Virus record (IMG/VR): IMGVR_UViG_3300042477_000769
Length of the DNA: 64,000 nucleotides
DNA from: a virus
Lineage: Duplodnaviria > Caudoviricetes
Direction: 5' to 3' (one strand)
Position 1 is the stretch's first letter. The number at the start of each line of letters is the position of its first letter. A program made the translations under genes and the position numbers. Of this stretch, positions 1 through 8,305 are shown one piece after another. A model generated the notes under the pieces. The model made no database searches and was not told where the DNA came from. It worked only from the letters and a program-made list of their open reading frames with translations.

Positions 1-1
1 C

Positions 2-370
2 CAAAATGGAAATATCTTAAGATTAAGTCATATGGGTAATTTCATTACTACTTTTGGCCCATTGGATCAATATAGTGATGCTCATTTATCGGTGTCAGTA
101 GAAGCCGATCCGGAGTTATCATTACATGGGACAGATGTAGTTTGTACAGTTTCTATTCCATTAGTCCAGGCTATTACTGGCACTACTAAAACAGTTAGAA
201 CTATTTTAGGATCTCAAGAGGTAATGGTGCCGGCTAAATCTAAACATAAAGATGAAATCATTCTTACTAAATTAGGGGTCAATGGAGTCGGCAATCAAAA
301 GGTAGTATTACATGTAGACTATCCAGAATTCACTGATAGTATGATTCAAGCTTTACAGGAGGTTGTGTGA
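2..370 (+). CDS. dnaJ: DnaJ-like protein, C-terminal peptide-binding domain (5' end outside window)
   Basis: Frame is open from base 2 (QNGNILRLSHMG...). Contains DnaJ_C-like segments GTDVVCTVSIPLVQAITG, VMVPAKSKHKDEIILTKLG and GNQKVVLHVDYP. Confidence 0.75.
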   Translation, partial: QNGNILRLSHMGNFITTFGPLDQYSDAHLSVSVEADPELSLHGTDVVCTVSIPLVQAITGTTKTVRTILGSQEVMVPAKSKHKDEIILTKLGVNGVGNQKVVLHVDYPEFTDSMIQALQEVV

Positions 371-693
371 AAGTTTCTGCGATGTGTCCTGTGTGTCAAA
401 AAGCGCAAGAGCCTTATTTGGATCCGCGTAGTAATAAAGTATATTGTTCTTTATGCGATGCAGAAATTAAAAATATTTCACATTTTGCTAAGATTCAAAT
501 GCAAACGACTAAACAAATAAGAATTCCGACTAAGGGAATTTCTGTTAAATGCAATAAATGTAAAAATGATAGTCGGCCTCAAATAGTAGAGGCTAAAGTA
601 GTGTGTGGAACTTGTGCCGGACCCTTAGATAATTTAACTCCTATTTTTAAAGAAATGTTAAAAGAGCTCTTGAAAAAAGAAGAGAATGATTAA
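367..693 (+). CDS. Zinc-ribbon protein (four CxxC pairs)
   Basis: CPVC, CSLC, CNKC, CGTC; GTGA overlap with the upstream stop. Confidence 0.7.
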   Translation: MKVSAMCPVCQKAQEPYLDPRSNKVYCSLCDAEIKNISHFAKIQMQTTKQIRIPTKGISVKCNKCKNDSRPQIVEAKVVCGTCAGPLDNLTPIFKEMLKELLKKEEND

Positions 694-697
694 TTCT

Positions 698-1294
698 ATG
701 CAAGAAATTAAGATAGATTATTTTGGCACTAAACATTATTATTGGAATGGTCAGCGACATCGAGAAGATGGCCCTGCCGTAGAATATGCTGATGGAACTA
801 AGATGTGGTTTATTCATGGTTTGAAGCATCGAGAAGATAGACCAGCTGTAGAGCATGCTAATGGAGATAAAGAATGGTGGCTTCATGGCCAAAGACATCG
901 AGTAGGTCATCCAGCTTATGAGGGTGCTGATGGATCTAAACAATGGTGGCTTCATGGAAAACGGCATCGAGAAGATGGCCCGGCTCTAGAATGTGTTAAT
1001 GGAACTAAAGAGTGGCGGATTCATGATCAACTCCATCGAGCAGATGGCCCAGCCCATGAAGGCGCTGATGGAATGAAAAAATGGTGTCTTCATGGTCAAT
1101 TCCATCGAGAAGATGGTCCTGCATTAGAACATGCTGATGGATCCAAATTTTGGTTTATTCATGGCCAACAACATAGAGAAAATGGCCCTGCTATAGAATA
1201 CTCTAATGGAGCAAAACAATTTTGGTTACAAAATTCTTTAATTCTTTCAGAAGAAGAATATTGGAGAATACTTAAGTTGAAAGCATTATGGTGA
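698..1294 (+). CDS. HREDGPA-repeat (MORN-variant/YwqK-like) protein, 7 units
   Basis: ORF 686..1294; start placed at MQEIK (698) to match paralogs. Confidence 0.85.
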   Translation: MQEIKIDYFGTKHYYWNGQRHREDGPAVEYADGTKMWFIHGLKHREDRPAVEHANGDKEWWLHGQRHRVGHPAYEGADGSKQWWLHGKRHREDGPALECVNGTKEWRIHDQLHRADGPAHEGADGMKKWCLHGQFHREDGPALEHADGSKFWFIHGQQHRENGPAIEYSNGAKQFWLQNSLILSEEEYWRILKLKALW

Positions 1295-1297
1295 AAT

Positions 1298-1546
1298 ATG
1301 CAAGAAATTAAAAATTATAAAGATGGCACTTCCAAATATTATTGGAATGGCCGATTACATCGAGAAGATGGTCCAGCGATAGAATGGTCTCATGGCACTA
1401 AAGAATGGTATCTTCATGGAAAATGTCATCGAGAAGATGGTCCAGCAATAGAGTGGACTAATGGAGATAAATATTGGTACCTTCAAGGTAAACAATATTC
1501 GGAGCAAGAATATTGGAGACGAGTTAAACTAAAAGCTTTATGGTGA
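1298..1546 (+). CDS. HREDGPA-repeat protein, 2 units
   Basis: MQEIK...HREDGPA x2...EYWRRVKLKALW. Confidence 0.85.
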   Translation: MQEIKNYKDGTSKYYWNGRLHREDGPAIEWSHGTKEWYLHGKCHREDGPAIEWTNGDKYWYLQGKQYSEQEYWRRVKLKALW

Positions 1547-1550
1547 AGTT

Positions 1551-2003
1551 ATGCAAAAAATTAAAGAAGATCACTGGGGAAAATATTATTATTGGAATGG
1601 TCTCTTCCATCGAGAAGATGGTCCAGCAGCAGAATTCTACAATGGAGATAAAGATTGGTATTATTATGGTCAACGTCATCGAGAAAATGGACCAGCCAGA
1701 GAATTTGCTCATGGCCATAAAGAATGGTGGCTTCATGGTCAACGTCATCGGGAAGATGGTCCAGCCAGAGAATATTATGATGGGTCTAAAGAATGGTATC
1801 TTCATGGAAAATGTCATCGAGAAGATGGTCCAGCGGCAGAATATTCTAATGGAGACAAATTATGGTATTTTAAAGATCAGCTTCATCGAGAAAATGGTCC
1901 AGCTATAGAATGTGAAGATGGTGCTAAAAGCTGGTATCTTCAAGATAAAGAATATTCAGAAGAAGAATATTGGAGAGTAGTGAAATTAAAAGCTTTATGG
2001 TAA
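1551..2003 (+). CDS. HREDGPA-repeat protein, 5 units
   Basis: MQKIK...5 units...EYWRVVKLKALW. Confidence 0.85.
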   Translation: MQKIKEDHWGKYYYWNGLFHREDGPAAEFYNGDKDWYYYGQRHRENGPAREFAHGHKEWWLHGQRHREDGPAREYYDGSKEWYLHGKCHREDGPAAEYSNGDKLWYFKDQLHRENGPAIECEDGAKSWYLQDKEYSEEEYWRVVKLKALW

Positions 2004-2012
2004 ATAGTTATT

Positions 2013-2771
2013 ATGTTTAATAAAATTATTGATGCTTGCAAATATTTGCTGACTAGCTTTCCAGAAGCTCAAACTAGCAAAGAATATCTAGATTCAAGAA
2101 TCTCCGCTAGTAGTCAAGAACTATTTGATTTTGGATTTTTCCCCAATTTAGATAATTTGCCCGTATTAATTGATTTGGTCGGAGAAGCTGAACTAATTAA
2201 TAGTAATTTGCTGTATTCCAAAATTATTGAAGATTCTGGAGGGATTAGGTCTCTTAATTTTTGTTATTTTGAACATTATCCTATTATTATGCCGTTTAAA
2301 GATCCATATGGGGAAATAGTTGGTATTGTGGGTCGAACCTTATTAAGCGAATCAGAATATAAAAACTTAGGTATACCTAAATACAAGAATACTAAGAACT
2401 TTAAAAAAGGCAATTTTTTATTCGGCTTATATGAAAATAAAGAACATATTATTAAAAATAATAGCGTTTATTTGGTAGAGGGTCAATTTGATGTAATTAA
2501 AGCAAGAGAAAAAGGCTTTAATAATATGGTAGCCTTAGGGACTTCTAGTATGACAGATTATCAATTCTCTGTTTTAAGTCGTTATACCGATAATATATTT
2601 TTATTATTGGATAATGATGAGGCCGGAGAAAAGGGTCGTAAATTTATTACCCATAAATATGGCAAATATGCAAATATTCAAAACTTTTACTTGCCTGATC
2701 AGTACAAGGATGTAGATGATTATTTTTCATTATCTCAAGAAGATACCTTATCGTTTGCAGTTAAAGTGTGA
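2013..2771 (+). CDS. dnaG: DnaG-type DNA primase, catalytic/TOPRIM core without N-terminal zinc-binding domain
   Basis: IIMPFKD..GEIVGIVGR, PKYKNT, LFGL, TOPRIM motifs VYLVEGQFDV and LLLDNDEAG. Confidence 0.85.
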   Translation: MFNKIIDACKYLLTSFPEAQTSKEYLDSRISASSQELFDFGFFPNLDNLPVLIDLVGEAELINSNLLYSKIIEDSGGIRSLNFCYFEHYPIIMPFKDPYGEIVGIVGRTLLSESEYKNLGIPKYKNTKNFKKGNFLFGLYENKEHIIKNNSVYLVEGQFDVIKAREKGFNNMVALGTSSMTDYQFSVLSRYTDNIFLLLDNDEAGEKGRKFITHKYGKYANIQNFYLPDQYKDVDDYFSLSQEDTLSFAVKV

Positions 2772-2783
2772 AATGGTTAACTT

Positions 2784-3302
2784 ATGCAAAAAATATTAAA
2801 AAGAAAAGGAATTATAGAATATATTTCTTACGGCAAACGTCATCGAGAAGATGGCCCGGCAGCAATATGGTTTAATGGAGATAAATCCTGGTATCTTCAT
2901 GGTCATCTTCATCGAATAGATGGCCCGGCATTAGAATGGACTAATGGACATCAAGAATGGTGGCTTCATGATCAACGCCATCGAGACGATGGGCCTGCAA
3001 TTGAGTATTTAAATGGAGATAAAGAATGGTGGATTCATGGAAAGCGCCATCGAGAAGGCGCTCCAGCCATAGAAAGTTTCAGTGAGAAACGATGGTATCT
3101 TCATGGTCATCTTCATCGAGAAGATGGTCCAGCGATAGAGTTGCCTAATGGACGTAAAGAGTGGCATCTTCATGATCAATGCCATCGAGAAGATGGTCCG
3201 GCAATAGAAGATGCTTATGGAAATAAATGGTGGTACTTTCAAGGTAAAAATTATACAGAAAAAGAATATTGGAGAGTACTTAAATTGAAAGCTTTATGGT
3301 AA
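2784..3302 (+). CDS. HREDGPA-repeat protein, 6 units
   Basis: MQKILK...6 units...EYWRVLKLKALW. Confidence 0.85.
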   Translation: MQKILKRKGIIEYISYGKRHREDGPAAIWFNGDKSWYLHGHLHRIDGPALEWTNGHQEWWLHDQRHRDDGPAIEYLNGDKEWWIHGKRHREGAPAIESFSEKRWYLHGHLHREDGPAIELPNGRKEWHLHDQCHREDGPAIEDAYGNKWWYFQGKNYTEKEYWRVLKLKALW

Positions 3303-3305
3303 AGT

Positions 3306-3692
3306 ATGCAAGAAATTAAAAAAGAGATATGTGGCGCTAAAAAATATTATTGGAAGTATCAGCTACATCGAGAAGATGGGCCAGCCATAGAATGGCATGA
3401 TGGATCTAAAGAATGGTGGATTCATGGTCAACTTCATCGAGAAGATGGTCCGGCAGTAGAATATACTAATGGAGAGAAATTTTGGTATCTTTATGGTAAA
3501 TGCCATCGAGAAGATGGACCTGCCGTAGAATGGTTTAATGGAAATAAATATTGGTTTTTTCATGGTCAACGTCATCGAGAAGATGGCCCAGCTATAGAGC
3601 ATTCTGATGGATTGAAAGCTTTTTATCTTCAAGGAAAAGACTATTCAGAAGAAGAATATTGGCGATTAGTTAAATTAAAAGGTTTGTGGTAA
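3306..3692 (+). CDS. HREDGPA-repeat protein, 4 units
   Basis: MQEIK...EYWRLVKLKGLW. Confidence 0.85.
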   Translation: MQEIKKEICGAKKYYWKYQLHREDGPAIEWHDGSKEWWIHGQLHREDGPAVEYTNGEKFWYLYGKCHREDGPAVEWFNGNKYWFFHGQRHREDGPAIEHSDGLKAFYLQGKDYSEEEYWRLVKLKGLW

Positions 3693-3696
3693 CACA

Positions 3697-4083
3697 ATGC
3701 AAGAAATTAAGATAGATATATTTGGTACCAAAAAATATTATTGGAATGGTCGATTGCATCGAGAAGATGGGCCAGCGATAGAATATTCTGATGGAACTAC
3801 AGTGTGGTTTCTTCATAATAAGAAACATCGAGAAGATGGTCCGGCAGTAGAAACTATTGATGGAGATATGGGTTGGTATCGTTATGGAGAATTACATCGA
3901 GAAAAAGAGCCCGCCATTATATTAAATAATGGGGAGAAATCTTGGTGGCTTCATGATCAACGGCACAGAGAGGATGGGCCCGCCGTAGAATTTGCTAATG
4001 GAGAAAAAGAGTGGTTTCTTCAAGGCACAGAATATTTAGAAGAAGAATATTGGCGCTTAGTTAAACTAAAGGGTTTGTGGTAA
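3697..4083 (+). CDS. HREDGPA-repeat protein, 4 units
   Basis: MQEIK...EYWRLVKLKGLW. Confidence 0.85.
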   Translation: MQEIKIDIFGTKKYYWNGRLHREDGPAIEYSDGTTVWFLHNKKHREDGPAVETIDGDMGWYRYGELHREKEPAIILNNGEKSWWLHDQRHREDGPAVEFANGEKEWFLQGTEYLEEEYWRLVKLKGLW

Positions 4084-4087
4084 TAAT

Positions 4088-4474
4088 ATGCAAAAAATTA
4101 AGATAGATAAAGATGGTAATAAAAGATATTATTGGAATAATAAGTTACATCGAGAAGATGGTCCGGCCATAGAATGGTTTAATGGACGTAAAGATTGGTA
4201 CCTTCATGGTCAACGACATCGAGAAGCGGGACCAGCAGTAGAATATGAGAATGGAGATAAAGAATGGTTTATCCATGGAAAATATCATCGAGAAGATGGC
4301 CCAGCCAGAGAATTTTTTTGGGGAGGTAAAGAATGGTTTCTTCACGGTCAACTCCATCGAGAAGATGGACCAGCCATAGAATATGCTAGTGGAGAAAAAT
4401 ATTGGTACCTTCAAGGCAAAGAATATACAGAAGAAGAGTATTGGCGAGTGGTTAAATTAAAAGCTTTGTGGTAA
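4088..4474 (+). CDS. HREDGPA-repeat protein, 4 units
   Basis: MQKIK...EYWRVVKLKALW. Confidence 0.85.
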   Translation: MQKIKIDKDGNKRYYWNNKLHREDGPAIEWFNGRKDWYLHGQRHREAGPAVEYENGDKEWFIHGKYHREDGPAREFFWGGKEWFLHGQLHREDGPAIEYASGEKYWYLQGKEYTEEEYWRVVKLKALW

Positions 4475-4477
4475 AGT

Positions 4478-4798
4478 ATGCAAGAAATAAAAATAAATGA
4501 ACGTGGGACTAAAAGATACTATTGGAATGATGAATTACATCGAGAAGATGGTCCGGCCATAGAGAGGAGTAATGGAGATAAAGAATGGTGGATTCATGGC
4601 AAAAGACATCGAGAAAATGGTCCCGCTATAGAATATATTAATGGATATAAAGAATGGTATCTTCATGGTCAATGTCATCGAGAAGATGGTCCAGCCATAG
4701 AATATGCCGATGGTTATCAAGAATTTTGGCTAAATAACCGCTTTATTTCTTCAAAAGAAGAATATTGGCGGTTAGTTAAGTTGAAAGCTCTATGGTAA
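4478..4798 (+). CDS. HREDGPA-repeat protein, 3 units
   Basis: MQEIK...EYWRLVKLKALW. Confidence 0.85.
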   Translation: MQEIKINERGTKRYYWNDELHREDGPAIERSNGDKEWWIHGKRHRENGPAIEYINGYKEWYLHGQCHREDGPAIEYADGYQEFWLNNRFISSKEEYWRLVKLKALW

Positions 4799-4811
4799 CA
4801 TCCAAATTTCT

Positions 4812-5636
4812 ATGCTTTTTATTTACAAAATTACCAATTTAATAAATGGAAAAATTTACATTGGGCAAACTATTAATCCCTCTCGAAGATGGTCACAGCA
4901 TAAATCTAATGCTAAACTCCAAAAAGGTAAGCAAATTATTACCGCCGCCATCCGTAAATATGGGCCAGACTCCTTCTCTTTCCAAATAATTGCCACCTGC
5001 CTCTCCCAAGACCAAGCTAATTGTTCAGAAGAACTGATCATCCAACAAGAAAATAGCCGTCATCCCAATATTGGATACAATGTGGACAAAGGTGGTATGC
5101 TGCAATCTCAAGATCCAATTATTGCGGCTAAAATTAGTCACAGCCTTAAAAAATATTATCAATCTCACGATAATTGGAATAAAGGAGGCACCCTCTCTCC
5201 TGAATGGAAAGAAAAAATATCCCAATCTCATGTAGGGAAAACTGGAACCAATACTGGAAAAACACTCCCCAATAATTGGAAATTAAAAATTTCTCAATCT
5301 CAAGCCGGTCAACCTAAACTTTCCAAAAGAAAATTTCCGCCTCAAATAGAACAAGAAATCTGTCAATTATATATTAATAATAATTCTGCCTACTCATTAG
5401 CTAAACAATTCCAATGTCACCGGACTGTCATTACCGATATTTTAATTCGTCATCATATTACTTTAAGAGTTGCTTCCAATAATAAGAGAAAGAAATTATT
5501 CTCTGCAGAGCAAGAACTAGAGATATGTCAAGAGTATCAGCAAAAAATATATTCCAGAACTGACCTGGCTATCAAATATAAGTGTAGCAAAACAACTATT
5601 AGGGATATATTAATAAGACATAGTGTTCAACTGTAA
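4812..5636 (+). CDS. GIY-YIG homing endonuclease with NUMOD3-like repeats and C-terminal HTH
   Basis: IYKITNLINGKIYIGQT, conserved R and E, GYN, repeats such as EWKEKISQSHVGK. Confidence 0.9.
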   Translation: MLFIYKITNLINGKIYIGQTINPSRRWSQHKSNAKLQKGKQIITAAIRKYGPDSFSFQIIATCLSQDQANCSEELIIQQENSRHPNIGYNVDKGGMLQSQDPIIAAKISHSLKKYYQSHDNWNKGGTLSPEWKEKISQSHVGKTGTNTGKTLPNNWKLKISQSQAGQPKLSKRKFPPQIEQEICQLYINNNSAYSLAKQFQCHRTVITDILIRHHITLRVASNNKRKKLFSAEQELEICQEYQQKIYSRTDLAIKYKCSKTTIRDILIRHSVQL

Positions 5637-5644
5637 ATGAGGTG

Positions 5645-6088
5645 ATGATGGAACCGAGAAAAAACCGAAGCGATAAGTACCAATGGATACTCCTCGAAAC
5701 CGCCTGCTCCAACGAAATGCTCGAATCCTTCTGCAACGAAGACAGCATCTCGTCTCGCTTAAACCCCTTTCAATATAATGAAAATCTAATTGATTTAGAA
5801 GATCAATTGAAGAAAGAATTTTGGAGAGTGGTAGAAACTTTGTTAACTCCTCGTCAACGTCAGGTGATTCGATTGTATGCTGATGGTTATACCCAGATGG
5901 AAATTGCTAAGATGTTAAATGTTAATCAAAGTTCAATTACGAAATCGCTGAACGGTAACGTGGATTATAAGAACGGGAAAAAGATCTACGGTGGCGCGAG
6001 AAAGAAAATCCGCAAAATCATCGAAAACGACACCAAGATCAAAGAAATCTTACAGAAAATCGCCGAATGTCGAGATGAAAAATGGTAA
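5645..6088 (+). CDS. Sigma-70 region-4 / sigma-like HTH transcription factor
   Basis: LLTPRQRQVIRLYADGYTQMEIAKMLNVNQSSI; SD GAGGTG at 5639-5644. Confidence 0.7.
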   Translation: MMEPRKNRSDKYQWILLETACSNEMLESFCNEDSISSRLNPFQYNENLIDLEDQLKKEFWRVVETLLTPRQRQVIRLYADGYTQMEIAKMLNVNQSSITKSLNGNVDYKNGKKIYGGARKKIRKIIENDTKIKEILQKIAECRDEKW

Positions 6089-6094
6089 GTCACT

Positions 6095-6934
6095 GTGACA
6101 CTTTGCTCTCAATGCCAAATGCCTCAAACTCAATTTGTGCCCAAGACAAAATGGTGTGCCACCTGTCATCAAAACTATAAAAAGAGAAAATATCAAGAAA
6201 ATTTATCAGCCAGTAGATACTATACTAACCAAAGAAGAGCGGCAAGAATTCAATGGTTTCAACAACTTAAAGCCAATATTCCTTGTACGGATTGTGGAAA
6301 AATATATGATCCCGTTTGTTTAGATTATGATCACGTACCAGGTCGAGGCATTAAATATAAAAATGTGTCTCGGATGGTGTTAGATAATAGTCCGAAAGAA
6401 AAGATCTTAGAAGAAATCAAGAAATGTGAATTGGTTTGCGTGTTATGTCATAATGCGCGGACCTTTTGTCGTTTAAAAACGGCCACTGCTTATAAACCAC
6501 ATCAACAAAGAAATATTAATATAATTAATCAGTTCAAAGAACAACCGTGCGTTTACTGTGGTCAACAATACCCTAGCTATAATATGCAAATGGATCATAT
6601 CAATCCAGCACACAAGTTATCTAATATATCACAGTTGAAAAGTAGTAAAGTAGAAATTTTGCATCAAGAATTGGCTAAATGCCAGGTGTTATGTGCTGTA
6701 TGTCATCGGCTTAAATCGATTATTGAACAAAAGGCCGGAAAATATTTACTTGCCAAATCTAAAATTGCTAAAAAGAGGTTATATTTTGATGGATATGTCA
6801 AAGAGTGCGGTCGATGCCGGCAACTAAAAGAACTTAGCTGTTTTAGAAAACATCAGCACACTACTTCTGGCTATAACACTTATTGTATAAGCTGTTTTAA
6901 TGAGTACCGACGACAACGAAGAGCCAACCTGTAA
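6095..6934 (+). CDS. HNH endonuclease with two tandem HNH modules
   Basis: CTDC..LDYDHV..KCELVCVLCH and CVYC..MQMDHI..KCQVLCAVCH, plus a C-terminal Cys4 cluster. Confidence 0.8.
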   Translation: MTLCSQCQMPQTQFVPKTKWCATCHQNYKKRKYQENLSASRYYTNQRRAARIQWFQQLKANIPCTDCGKIYDPVCLDYDHVPGRGIKYKNVSRMVLDNSPKEKILEEIKKCELVCVLCHNARTFCRLKTATAYKPHQQRNINIINQFKEQPCVYCGQQYPSYNMQMDHINPAHKLSNISQLKSSKVEILHQELAKCQVLCAVCHRLKSIIEQKAGKYLLAKSKIAKKRLYFDGYVKECGRCRQLKELSCFRKHQHTTSGYNTYCISCFNEYRRQRRANL

Positions 6935-7778
6935 AATCTATTTGTTAACTAATGTAATCAATAATAAGATTTATATTGGTCAAACTTGGAATTCAGTTCA
7001 CTCTCGAATGGGTAAAAAAGGATCAAAATATAGGAACTCTCCTTATTTGTATAAGGCTATTGTCAAATATGGGGCCCAAAATTTCAAATATGAAATCTTG
7101 GTTAAGTGTTATGATCAAGAGACAGCGGATTATTTAGAAGAATATTATATTAAGCAATATCGAAGTCAAGATTCTCATATTGGTTATAATTTGAAAGAAG
7201 GCGGTCGAGGAGGTAAGCATTCGTTGGAAACCAAAGAAAAGATCTCTCAATCCGTAAAGAAACAATTGGCCAATTTAACTCCAGAAGAGTTATTAGAGAG
7301 AACGGCCAAAATATCTAGTTATTGGTCTGGAAAGCAGCGAGGCCCACAAACAGAGCAATGGAAACAAGAAAATTCTGCTAAAATTAAAGCTTGGCATGCA
7401 GAACATCCACACCCTATGTTGGGGAAGAGTCATTCAGCGGAAGCAAAAGCAAAAATTAAGCGGAGTAGTTTGGGCAGAAAGTGTTCTCCGGAAGCTATTC
7501 AAAAGCGAGTGGCAAAATTAAAGATAGATCAAGAATTAGAATTATCTATTATTATGGCGTATCAGAGTGGGGATCTTATTTCTGAAATTGAAAAAGAATA
7601 TGGGGTAAGAGTATCAACTATTTACCGAGTGCTGAAGAGGAACGCTATTCCGTTAAGGGGATGTGATCAGAGTTGGGTCGGTAAGAGTCATACTCCAGAA
7701 ACCTTGGAAAAGATGTCGAGAGCGAGGAAGAAGTATTGGGAGCGCCAACGAGTGATGGGGACAATTAATCAAGAATAA
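6900..7778 (+). CDS. GIY-YIG homing endonuclease (NUMOD3 repeats)
   Basis: KIYLLTNVINNKIYIGQT, GYNLKEGG, HSLETKEKIS, HSAEAKAKI, HTPETLEKMS. Confidence 0.9.
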   Translation: MSTDDNEEPTCKIYLLTNVINNKIYIGQTWNSVHSRMGKKGSKYRNSPYLYKAIVKYGAQNFKYEILVKCYDQETADYLEEYYIKQYRSQDSHIGYNLKEGGRGGKHSLETKEKISQSVKKQLANLTPEELLERTAKISSYWSGKQRGPQTEQWKQENSAKIKAWHAEHPHPMLGKSHSAEAKAKIKRSSLGRKCSPEAIQKRVAKLKIDQELELSIIMAYQSGDLISEIEKEYGVRVSTIYRVLKRNAIPLRGCDQSWVGKSHTPETLEKMSRARKKYWERQRVMGTINQE

Positions 7779-7818
7779 TATCAATATTTGTTTATCTATA
7801 ATAGGCGTATTTTATTTA

Positions 7819-8289
7819 ATGGGAGACGTAATGTCAAAATTTAGTATAGATTATTCAAGTTTAGAGAATAAAATTTATAAGAAAGCTTATAGATTGAGCG
7901 AAGTAAAAGATAAACTTGAAACTGTGGCCTTTGACATTGTTAGATTCAAGGAAGGCGATAAGGGCGCTGATTTATGGCAAGTCCAGAGTGCAGATGATGG
8001 CGAGTATATTGTGGCTTTATATCAACCAGAAGAGGACGTAAAAACGGCTTCTTGGGATGTGGTATTGAGTAAAACGGCAGGTACTTTACATGTTTCTTAT
8101 AACGGGGATCCGATTGTCAAGGTAGCAGCTAGTAAATTGGGGATTCCGGCAGCTGAGTTAGATAAGGTTCAAAGTTATTTGCCAAATAAATTGGCTACTA
8201 ATAAAAAATTAGTACAAGCATTATTGAATGAATTGCCAGAATCAACTAAAAAAGAGGTATTAAGTAAGTACCCAGAAATGTTAGCTTAA
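7819..8289 (+). CDS. Hypothetical phage protein (probable head-associated)
   Basis: Clean 156-aa ORF at the start of the head-region run; internal VKTA|S motif. Confidence 0.6.
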   Translation: MGDVMSKFSIDYSSLENKIYKKAYRLSEVKDKLETVAFDIVRFKEGDKGADLWQVQSADDGEYIVALYQPEEDVKTASWDVVLSKTAGTLHVSYNGDPIVKVAASKLGIPAAELDKVQSYLPNKLATNKKLVQALLNELPESTKKEVLSKYPEMLA

Positions 8290-8305
8290 CCTTACCATAT
8301 AGGCG

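Larger units (their letters stand above)
698..4798 (+). repeat. Array of eight paralogous HREDGPA-repeat genes (35 copies of a ~23-aa/69-nt unit), interrupted by a primase
   Basis: Repeated DNA core catcgagaagatggtcc; shared N-terminus MQ(E/K)IK and C-terminus E(E/Q/K)EYWRxxKLK(A/G)LW; 7,2,5,6,4,4,4,3 units per gene. Confidence 0.95.

Noticed and set aside
647-4720. Antisense and alternate-frame ORFs over the array (647-, 1524-, 1540+, 3009-, 3363-, 4145-, 4535-)
   Set aside because: Shadow frames produced by the repeated codon pattern; no SD and no independent features.
698-4798. Diversity-generating retroelement acting on the HREDGPA genes
   Set aside because: No reverse transcriptase or non-coding template repeat in the window, and variable codons (tgg/tat/cat/tgt/ttc) are not limited to adenine positions. 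A distant RT cannot be excluded.
698-4798. CRISPR array
   Set aside because: The ~69-nt units are degenerate, in frame and protein-coding; no unique spacers or cas genes.
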